Source: an uncultured Alphaproteobacteria bacterium (GTDB lineage Bacteria > Pseudomonadota > Alphaproteobacteria > ATCC43930 > CGMCC-115725). Taken from it: 64,000 bases of DNA. The stretch spans positions 110,677 through 174,676 of the forward strand of contig CAVPDQ010000022.1 in assembly GCA_963702685.1 (NCBI GenBank). The letters are read 5' to 3'. The notes below the pieces were generated by a model, which made no database searches, had not been told where the DNA came from, and saw nothing but the letters and a program-made list of their open reading frames with translations. The position numbers and the translations under genes were made by a program. Positions 9,162 through 16,830 of the stretch are shown here, piece by piece. The stretch's first letter is position 1; every line of letters starts with the position of its first letter.

Positions 9162-9533
9162 CTAGGGGCCCGTGCAGAGCACCGTCGAATTGAGGCTCAG
9201 GATACGTCCGTCGTTCAATGCGACGGTGGCTTCGAGCACGTAGGTGGCGCCCAAAGCGGACGCTGGCATGCCCCCGACCGAGGCGATCGAAAAGAATCCG
9301 GCGCGGGTTTGCAGCGTGCCTGAAAGCGGATCGCGCGTTTGGATCGCGGTAGCGATCTCAGTCGCAATGATCCGCGATTGCGGGCTCGGATCCATCCCGG
9401 TCTGGTATGGAGCCAGCGCACAAGTCCAGGCGGACGACACCAGCGTCGCCGCTCCGATATCAGCGGTGAAATCGAATGCAAAATTGTCGATCTCGCCGAT
9501 TTCGATCGGGTCGAACGCAGTGGGCAAGCGCAT
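9162..9533 (-). CDS. Hypothetical phage protein (123 aa), small beta-rich adaptor-like
   Basis: The pattern FDPIEIGEIDNFAFDFTADIGAATLVSSAW resembles, from memory, small phage fibre/tail adaptor or Ig-like proteins. This is a weak call. Confidence 0.45.
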   Translation of the reverse strand: MRLPTAFDPIEIGEIDNFAFDFTADIGAATLVSSAWTCALAPYQTGMDPSPQSRIIATEIATAIQTRDPLSGTLQTRAGFFSIASVGGMPASALGATYVLEATVALNDGRILSLNSTVLCTGP

Positions 9534-9534
9534 G

Positions 9535-10227
9535 TTAAATTCCCTTTATCACCCGCACACGACCAACCCTTCCAAGAAGCCGGCGCCGCCCCGGGGAACG
9601 CAGGAGCCGGTCAACCGATAAGGGCCGCGGCAGGTTTTCCAACCACTCGATCCAAGCTATCGTATCAGCAGCTTCGAGCGTGCCCGTGGTCCCTGCCCAC
9701 TCGACTGGTATTCCAGCTTCGACTTCTGAAGTCCTGACCCAGGCATTGGCAAAGCTGGCATAGACCATTCCACTTGTAAGGTGTGTCGTAGGTAAGCCAG
9801 CAACTCCGTCAGACCCGGCTAAAAACCCGATCGCCGCAAGGTCATCTCGAACAGTCGCGATGGCACCAGACCATTCTGCAGGCGCGCGATGCTCGCGCTG
9901 GGTGAGCCTCTGAATTTCGGTCGGCGTCTCAATGCGCGCGGCGTAAACGAGCAGCTGCCATTCCGGCAGCATCCCTATATCCCGGCGCGCCGCTTGCAGC
10001 GATTCTAGCTTTGCACCGGCGGGACAGCGCACTACCGGCAGGACTTCCGCCGTCTCTGCCAGCTCCCTGCTGAGGGTGCCGAGGCTTCCAAATGGTGTCC
10101 CGGAATCGGCCTTCCACGTCGCAAGGCTTCCTAGTGAGCAAGCTGCGTTGGTGACAACAACAGAACCAATTTCGCCCGTGTCGATCGTCTCGATGGTGAC
10201 GATCGCACCGAGGTCGCCGAAGATCAT
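9535..10227 (-). CDS. Hypothetical phage protein (230 aa)
   Basis: ORF in the operon with a 1-nt gap to the next gene. No motif. Part of it looks slightly lower in GC. Confidence 0.5.
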   Translation of the reverse strand: MIFGDLGAIVTIETIDTGEIGSVVVTNAACSLGSLATWKADSGTPFGSLGTLSRELAETAEVLPVVRCPAGAKLESLQAARRDIGMLPEWQLLVYAARIETPTEIQRLTQREHRAPAEWSGAIATVRDDLAAIGFLAGSDGVAGLPTTHLTSGMVYASFANAWVRTSEVEAGIPVEWAGTTGTLEAADTIAWIEWLENLPRPLSVDRLLRSPGRRRLLGRVGRVRVIKGI

Positions 10228-10244
10228 CTCAGCCTACCCGCCCT

Positions 10245-11048
10245 TCAGGGCTGCGCCCCGTAGCAGGCGACCCCTATCATCGCGGTCGCCGCACCGCTCG
10301 CTTGCGCGCGCGCGGCGATCCGGGTTCCCGCCGGGATCATGCAAGGAAGACCGATCCCCTGGGCATTGAAGGCCGCGTTGGCAACGAGGGGGACACGGAA
10401 CAGCGCTTGCTCGTTGGGCGACGCGCCCCAACCGATTTCGATGTAAATCTGACCGCTGGTTCCCATCCCCATCGAGGTGTTGAGGCAAAGAGGGGTTGCC
10501 CAAAGCATCCCAATATCGGCGGGCGTCGATGCGTTGACCGTCACCCAGCCGGTGAGGGTGGTCCCATTCAGCGTGATCGGATTTGTCGGGTCGCTGCCGG
10601 AGAGATCGGTGCACGACACGATGCGGCTAAAGCCCTGCGCCAGCGCCGAGCTGCGGTAGCCGGTGACCGCAACGCGCGTCGCCGAGCTCCCGAGCGTCTC
10701 GGTCGCCACCTTGGCCTTGATCGCAGCGCCCGATGGCACTCGGATCGGCAGATCGATGTGCGCCGTAAACGAGTTGGCTACTGCCATCGCGTTGAACGGG
10801 ATGCTGTCGGCGATGGTTGCGTCGGCCCCGCCGGTGTTGGCGGTGAGCGAAACGATGCCGCGCCGCTGAGACGCAGAGCCTATGCTGAGGGTCAAGCCGT
10901 CATAGGCAAAGCCGGCGGTGCCGATCGTCGTCAGCGTGCCGAAGGTCCCGGCGGTTGCTCCCGATGTTACGGTCGTGGCCGAGCCCGAGCCCGAGAAGCC
11001 GATTTGCTCGAACTGCGCGCCGCGGGCGCGGGCGTAGCCATAGCCCAT
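10245..11048 (-). CDS. Hypothetical phage protein (267 aa), Gly/Ala/Thr-rich
   Basis: ORF in the operon frame. No recognisable motif. Confidence 0.5.
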   Translation of the reverse strand: MGYGYARARGAQFEQIGFSGSGSATTVTSGATAGTFGTLTTIGTAGFAYDGLTLSIGSASQRRGIVSLTANTGGADATIADSIPFNAMAVANSFTAHIDLPIRVPSGAAIKAKVATETLGSSATRVAVTGYRSSALAQGFSRIVSCTDLSGSDPTNPITLNGTTLTGWVTVNASTPADIGMLWATPLCLNTSMGMGTSGQIYIEIGWGASPNEQALFRVPLVANAAFNAQGIGLPCMIPAGTRIAARAQASGAATAMIGVACYGAQP

Positions 11049-11049
11049 C

Positions 11050-11421
11050 TCAGGCGCCGTTCAGGTTGATGACGCGCCAAGTAAAGCTGCGGCTGGCGGT
11101 CGAGCCCGCCTCCAACAGCGCCGTCACCTTGAAAAAGTCCGGTGTCGGGAAGGGTGCGGTCCGGAACACGTCATAAGTCGGCGCGTTCGGGCCGAGCGTG
11201 AAATCGTCCTCGACACGGCTGTTCGAGCCGTCGCCGGACGTGTAGACGCGGATGCGGATCGTGTCGCCGTCCGCTTGGGTAGAGGTGTCCATCAAGAGCA
11301 TGAAGGTGCCGCTGGCCGCCGTCGCGCTCGCCAGCGTCGTCTCGGTCACGTTGTCGCTCGGCGCCCAAGTGCCGCTCGCCGGGTTCGGGCTCAAGAGCGC
11401 AGTGACGGCAGGGCCGGCCAT
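11050..11421 (-). CDS. Hypothetical phage protein (123 aa)
   Basis: ORF in the operon. Its start shares one base with the upstream stop. Confidence 0.5.
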   Translation of the reverse strand: MAGPAVTALLSPNPASGTWAPSDNVTETTLASATAASGTFMLLMDTSTQADGDTIRIRVYTSGDGSNSRVEDDFTLGPNAPTYDVFRTAPFPTPDFFKVTALLEAGSTASRSFTWRVINLNGA

Positions 11422-12503
11422 TATGTTGTCGTCCCTTGCGTCCGCAGGTCACCTGATCCCTTATAGGCGGCCGTCCCTGCCGGCAAAGTCAGGCGCAGCC
11501 ATAGTCCTTGCGCCCCGGCACTGTTGGGCGAGCCACCCGACGGCAAATTTCCGGGGCCCGGAATATTGACCAGCGCCGGTTGGGTTACGAACGAGCCAAC
11601 GCCTACAGCCGGTGCGGTCTGCCGATTGGCCGAGGTGTTGGTGTCGTTCAAGGAAGCGCACAGCGCCAAATCGAGCAGCGCGCCCGATGGCAGGCTCGGT
11701 GTTTCACTCAACACTTCGATTTGTGCTGCGGTCAGCGCCGTTGTGCTATTATTGTTGACCACAAACAACTTCTCGTAAAAGAGCCGGCTTGATCCACTCG
11801 GAACGTCTGCCGCCGCTGTCGCAAAACACCGGGTGATGAATTTCACCTGGTTTGGCGACGACTCGAACAGCATTCCTTGATTGACATTGTAGATGGTGGT
11901 GGCGTCCGGGACCGTGCCCCAATCTCGGTTGACCGCGACAACGTCGGCACCATAGCCAGAAGTCGCGATGATTTGGCGGAGCTGCTGAGCTCCGGTGCCG
12001 CCGGTCGTCCGGATGATCTGACCGACCGACACGTTCGCGCCGTCTCCGGATTGCATTTTGAGGAGTGCCGGCGTGGCGCCGGCATGGTTGGCCGATCCCG
12101 TTTGTGCGGTATGGGCGCTGATCACCGCGGTATGCGAAAGCAACGCGACGTCGCCAGCTGCGACGGTGCCGGCGACGGTCGCAATCGGCTTGCTGGCACC
12201 GCCACCGCCGGAGATGGCGGCATAGAGCAGGCGCTCCATGACCTTGGTGCCGTTGACCACGGTCTGGCCGTTGAGCGTCAAGGTCTCGTTTTGAACGACC
12301 CCGCTCGCATCGCGGCCGTAATAGGTGATTTGGGTCGCGGTATCGGAAACGGAGCTCGACACCACATCCAACAAACCCGTTGGAGTGATATCGTAAAAGG
12401 CGACGCGGCTCGAAAAATCTACAGCTCCGCCGATCGTCGCGCCATCGGTCTCGGGCATGTCGGCACAGCCGTACACCACGAGATCGGAAGGAAGAACGCT
12501 CAT
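11421..12503 (-). CDS. Hypothetical phage structural-like protein (360 aa)
   Basis: First ORF after the portal, beta-rich, with the C-terminal motif GLWLRLTLPAGTAAYKG. No family assigned. Confidence 0.55.
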   Translation of the reverse strand: MSVLPSDLVVYGCADMPETDGATIGGAVDFSSRVAFYDITPTGLLDVVSSSVSDTATQITYYGRDASGVVQNETLTLNGQTVVNGTKVMERLLYAAISGGGGASKPIATVAGTVAAGDVALLSHTAVISAHTAQTGSANHAGATPALLKMQSGDGANVSVGQIIRTTGGTGAQQLRQIIATSGYGADVVAVNRDWGTVPDATTIYNVNQGMLFESSPNQVKFITRCFATAAADVPSGSSRLFYEKLFVVNNNSTTALTAAQIEVLSETPSLPSGALLDLALCASLNDTNTSANRQTAPAVGVGSFVTQPALVNIPGPGNLPSGGSPNSAGAQGLWLRLTLPAGTAAYKGSGDLRTQGTTT

Positions 12504-12646
12504 CGCGGCTCCTCTTGCCTTCGTCTGTTCAGAAATTCGCCATCCGCGTCGTAGCCGCCGAACATCAAAGTTCGGTAGCAGCCTCCGGCCGGGAGACCGT
12601 TCCGGCGTGATCGCCGATGGTCTGGGGCGGAATGTTGCCGGAAGCT

Positions 12647-14009
12647 TTAGTCGGGATTTTCGCTTTGTGTCTGTGAGTCGGCGGTTCCGGCCAACGGTAC
12701 CGGGCCTCGCGAAGCCAAAAAGACCGGTTGATCGCCGCCATCGACGGGCGGCAGGCCAAGGACGCCGCGCGCCTCGTTAGGCGCATAGATGCCTGATTTG
12801 ACGTAGGTATCCAGAATAGTCGCCTGATCCTTGGGATTGGTCGAGCGCACGTCGGACCAAACGAACTCAAGGTCTGTATGGCCCATAAAATCTTGAATAA
12901 CACTGTCGATCAAGCGCTTGACCCAGCCGGCGAGCGGCGCCAATCCCTCCTCGAGGGCTGCCGCCTGGCTTGCCTCGGCGGTCGCTCGGTTGACTTGCGG
13001 TGTAAATGCAGTCGGCGGCAGGGAAAAAGCGTAGCAGACAATCCTCGCCAGCCATTCGTCGAACTCGTCCTTGTACGGGGCTTCCTTAAAGGGCTGGTAT
13101 TTGGTCCCCATGGGAGCCCAGACGAGGCGGGTCCGGGTGCCGGTGTTCCCCGCCAGGATCGAGTTCGAACCACTCCTGGAACTGCCGGATCTGCTCTGCA
13201 TTCCAGCCGTCCGGCGCATTCAGCAGACCCGGCGGCACATTGCCTTCGGTAAAATGTTGCAGCTGCATCATCTGGCGCCGCAATCCGATATTGATCGTCG
13301 TCACGATCTGCTCGCACGGGCTGAATCCATAGACTTTGTGCGGGCGCCTGTTGCGCGGCTGGTAAAGCAGCTGGTCGCTGGTCAACAATCGCCATGGTCG
13401 GCCGTGGATAACCTGCTCGTAGGCCGGCGCGGGCGGTCGCGGCCGGCGACCGGTGCCATCGATCAGCACCTTGATCGTCGAACCGTCGACGATGTCGAGG
13501 CCAATGATGTCGCCGGCCCGGTTTCGCCGCAATTCGAAAGCTGACGCATCGAGCACCAGCACGTCCTCGAGCACTTCGCGCAGCCAGGTGGCAAAGCGCT
13601 GCTCGCCATCGGGCTTGCGCCAAAACTCGGTCAAACTCCCGATACGTGCATTAGCCTCCGGCTGCGGCTGTTTTGGATTCCGCGAGCGGATCGCCCAATC
13701 CAGCTTTTCGATCTGATCTTTGCGCGTCTCGATCGCCAAGCGGGTGATGTCGTGGTGCTCTGCCAGGGCGCGCAGCTCGTGAAAGCCGATCGGCTCATAA
13801 GAACGCGGCGTGTAAATTGTGTTGTAGCCGACCGGAAAATTCCACAGCCGCACCTGCTCGCGATCGGGCGGGACCAGAGGAAAGCCGGGTGAGAAAATTC
13901 CCTGGTCGGGCTGAAAGACATCGCTGAATTGCGTGAGGTCGTTCTGTGAGCCAAAACCGCCCCAGGTGTAGGAGGCGACAGAGGCGTGATTTTCGTTGGA
14001 CGGGGGCAT
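12647..14009 (-). pseudogene. Phage portal protein, reading frame broken by a single-base frameshift near 13164-13166 (or an assembly indel)
   Basis: The N-terminal part (14009 down to ~13165) and the C-terminal part (~13165 down to 12647) lie in different frames and read through as ...QFQEWF/(D)SILAGNTGTRTRLVWAPMG... Combined length is ~450 aa. A GAGG box precedes the ATG at 14009. Confidence 0.65.
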
Positions 14010-14013
14010 CGGA

Positions 14014-14940
14014 CTACCTCGGGAAACCATGCGCGCTGGCACGCCGCGATGTCGCCGCTCCGACCAGGGACGCCATCAGCTCGTCATCGGGAAACACGAG
14101 AAATCCGAATGGATTTTCCAGCGTCCGAAAAATGACGTCATCGCTCAGAATCGTATTCCACGTGGCGGCGAACAATACAGTCCCCTCCAGAAATGTGTTT
14201 TTATTGACGCCGGCTACGACCGAGTTTGCGAAATTGGCCTCGTCCCATTGGCCCGGTGCCTTCGCCGAGCCGGCAATAGTGCTTTTCGACCGGTCATAAA
14301 AGAGATTTGCTGTTCCGGCGGCGTAATCGAGCGTCAGTACTGCTGAAAATGGCTGGCCTACGACAACAGATTGGGCAAAGACCCCGATTGTCGTGTTGTT
14401 TGTTACCCAATTCAGCGAGAAACCTAAGGCGTTGGCGGCAATTTGCAAGCTTACGCGCTGAGGCACGGCATGTCCCTCGATCCCCATCAAGGTTTGGGCG
14501 GTGGGGAGCTGCGCGTTCACCTGGGCGACCACCAGCATCGTCTGCTGTATCGGGCTCGATCGCCATGGACCCGTGCCGGCGGCGATTGTAGTGTAAATAT
14601 ACTGTGAGCGGCCGTCGAAGCCGCAGCCTTGCCCGGCTGTCGTTGTCGCAGGGCTAAATGCTGCAAATTGTGTCCGGTATGGATACCCACGCAGCGATAA
14701 TCCCCACAACGGGGCTCCCCCGGCACCCTGATTGACATTGTAGGCCGAGCCGTCGAGGTGGTAAGCGTCGACCATAAATTCGGTGATCGGATCATCGGCA
14801 AGACGTGGAATACCCGGCGGTCGATAAAGACCGCGCGAAATTCGCGGGCCTACGCCGATTGCGTCCGCAGGGCGTGTCGTCATCAACCCCGTGCTGGTGG
14901 CGGCGAGCCCGGCCAACACGTTCCGCCTGTTTGGACGCAT
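14014..14940 (-). CDS. Exported protein with twin-arginine-like signal, possibly a jelly-roll/lectin-like fold (308 aa)
   Basis: Start moved to the internal ATG at 14940 (TGATG overlap). N-terminus is MRPNRRNVLAGLAATSTGLMTTRPADA. The upstream extension of the tracked ORF is Arg-rich junk. Confidence 0.55.
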   Translation of the reverse strand: MRPNRRNVLAGLAATSTGLMTTRPADAIGVGPRISRGLYRPPGIPRLADDPITEFMVDAYHLDGSAYNVNQGAGGAPLWGLSLRGYPYRTQFAAFSPATTTAGQGCGFDGRSQYIYTTIAAGTGPWRSSPIQQTMLVVAQVNAQLPTAQTLMGIEGHAVPQRVSLQIAANALGFSLNWVTNNTTIGVFAQSVVVGQPFSAVLTLDYAAGTANLFYDRSKSTIAGSAKAPGQWDEANFANSVVAGVNKNTFLEGTVLFAATWNTILSDDVIFRTLENPFGFLVFPDDELMASLVGAATSRRASAHGFPR

Positions 14941-15479
14941 CAATATTGCACCGCTGTCGGCGCGAGGACCACGGTGTTTCCCGAGACGTTCAGTGTCTGG
15001 CCGCTGTTGTTTTGGCACAGCAGCTTGAACCTCAGCGCCGGCACCCGAACCAGGCCTTGCGACAAGAAGATCGAGGTGCCGGACACCGACGTGGCCGGTA
15101 ACGGAAAGACGACATCGGGCGCGCGTGGCGGGGCCGAGGTCCCGCTCTCGAATGCCGCTCCGTCGACGGTTTGTAAAAACCAGCAAGAGACATTGCCGCC
15201 GGTATTGATTGCGCCGGCCGTCGCGCCCAAGGTCAGGATCATCGGCGCCCAAATCACTTGCGCTGAAATGGCATTGTTGAATACGCCGCTTGTCCCGCCG
15301 AGTGCGCTGACCGCTACCGAGCCCGAAGCCAGGGCGTTGAGCTCCGTGCTCATCAATGTCTCGGCCGCCGCGAAAAGCCCAGTGTTCGAGGGGCCTGGCT
15401 CCCACAGAAACGGCGTCGCTGCGCGAGCCGTCAACGGCGCGCCGACGGCTAAGGCGAGCATCAGCCAGCGTCGCATCAT
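14940..15479 (-). CDS. Exported hypothetical protein (179 aa)
   Basis: The start at 15479 overlaps the upstream stop (TGATG). The signal-like N-terminus is MMRRWLMLALAVGAPLTARA. An alternative ATG lies at 15491. Confidence 0.55.
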   Translation of the reverse strand: MMRRWLMLALAVGAPLTARAATPFLWEPGPSNTGLFAAAETLMSTELNALASGSVAVSALGGTSGVFNNAISAQVIWAPMILTLGATAGAINTGGNVSCWFLQTVDGAAFESGTSAPPRAPDVVFPLPATSVSGTSIFLSQGLVRVPALRFKLLCQNNSGQTLNVSGNTVVLAPTAVQY

Positions 15480-16432
15480 CAGTTTACCCATGAGTTGCCC
15501 GCTGCATCGCAGGTGACGGCGCGCGCGTCGTAAGGCGGCGCTCCCGGAGTGCTGGCGCCCATGACGAAGCTGGCGCCGCCGTCGATAGCGCCGGTCGAGG
15601 GGGCCAGCGTGATCGCATTGCCGGCATCGTTGCCCGCACCGTCTTTAACCAGAAAGGTAAACCCGGGAGAACAGGTGAAACTTACTGTCGTCGCGGCCGG
15701 CGTCGTCTTGTCGATCACGATCAAATAGTCCGCAGCAGGTGACACGATAACGGGGCCGGATGCTGTGACCACCCGGATCGGCACGAAGAGCGCGCCGCTC
15801 CAGGTTGACGTTCCGGCGTAGGTGTTGTTGCCGGCGAAGATCATGTTCGCGGTCAGGCTCGTCGGCAGGCGCCCCGCCGGCAGCGTGCCGGACGCAATGT
15901 TTGCGGCATTCGTCGTATCCACCGCGCAAGAGGCGGCCGCGTTCGACAGATCGTTGCACGAGGGCTGCGATGAATGCGGGCCGCCGGCGGTCGAGATGCT
16001 GTCGAGCCATTGATGCGCCACACTGGCGAAGCTCGTGACCCCGCCTAATGCGGTGGGCGCCGGCGAAGGCAGGTCGGCCCCCGAAATTTCCCGAGGCACG
16101 AGCCCGCCGCCCGACCCGTTCGGTGACGCCAAGAACATGTTGGCAGCTTGTGTCACGGTCGTAAGCGACAATGTCCCGGCGGATGTAACCGGACTGCCCG
16201 ATACCGCGAGCCAGGAGGGCGCGGTCAAGCCGACGCTGGTCACCGTGCCGCTTCCGGCAGAGCCACCGTCCTCGATTTGGCCGCTGCCCGCCCAAGTGGC
16301 GACGTGACCGGCTGTAACGGCGCCCGCTTGACTGATGCCTCCGCTCGTCACGCTATACTGCACCGATTGAGACCAGGCCGAGGTGCTCCCCAATAGTAGT
16401 GTTGCAGCCCCCGCGACGAGCGAAAGCCTCAT
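15479..16432 (-). CDS. Tail-fibre-like protein with a signal-peptide-like N-terminus (317 aa)
   Basis: The start at 16432 forms an ATGA overlap. N-terminus is MRLSLVAGAATLLLGSTSAWS. Fibre-type motifs are present: GTVTSVGL, SGSPVTSAGTLSL and ASGTLPAGRLP. Confidence 0.55.
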   Translation of the reverse strand: MRLSLVAGAATLLLGSTSAWSQSVQYSVTSGGISQAGAVTAGHVATWAGSGQIEDGGSAGSGTVTSVGLTAPSWLAVSGSPVTSAGTLSLTTVTQAANMFLASPNGSGGGLVPREISGADLPSPAPTALGGVTSFASVAHQWLDSISTAGGPHSSQPSCNDLSNAAASCAVDTTNAANIASGTLPAGRLPTSLTANMIFAGNNTYAGTSTWSGALFVPIRVVTASGPVIVSPAADYLIVIDKTTPAATTVSFTCSPGFTFLVKDGAGNDAGNAITLAPSTGAIDGGASFVMGASTPGAPPYDARAVTCDAAGNSWVN

Positions 16433-16821
16433 TGCGCTCTCGCCTTGAAAAACGCGGTTGGGCTCGCGGTCTTGGTAAAACATCCCGTCGTGCTAAATAC
16501 AGCGACTATCCCACGAGTATAAATATCGGGCGGACCCGTGAAATTGATCGAAATCGTGCTGTTTATCGGCGCCACCACACATTCGACCGGCGTCACCGGT
16601 CCATCTGCGGGTGCTGTCGCGGCGTTGAAGGTCATCACAAAACCGGCCGTGCTTCCGGTCGTCACGTAGAGCGAATAGAGGTTTCCGGGACCGCTCTTGA
16701 TCAATCGACTGGCTTCGACGGCGGATGAAACCACCGGAGCGATCCCGGGCTCGAATGCCCAGCCGTGCCGGTTGGCGAGGACTAATATCAATAGGCAAGC
16801 AGGCCCCAAAATTCTTTGCAT
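16429..16821 (-). CDS. Small exported hypothetical protein (130 aa)
   Basis: ATG at 16821 is preceded by GAGG. N-terminus is MQRILGPACLLILVLANRHGWA. Confidence 0.55.
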   Translation of the reverse strand: MQRILGPACLLILVLANRHGWAFEPGIAPVVSSAVEASRLIKSGPGNLYSLYVTTGSTAGFVMTFNAATAPADGPVTPVECVVAPINSTISINFTGPPDIYTRGIVAVFSTTGCFTKTASPTAFFKARAQ

Positions 16822-16830
16822 CTTCACCTC

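Noticed and set aside
14941-15405. N-terminal 155-codon extension of the 463-aa tracked ORF
   Set aside because: The extension is Arg/Gly-rich and overlaps the 179-aa exported-protein gene. The internal ATG at 14940 gives a twin-arginine-like N-terminus and a stop-start overlap.
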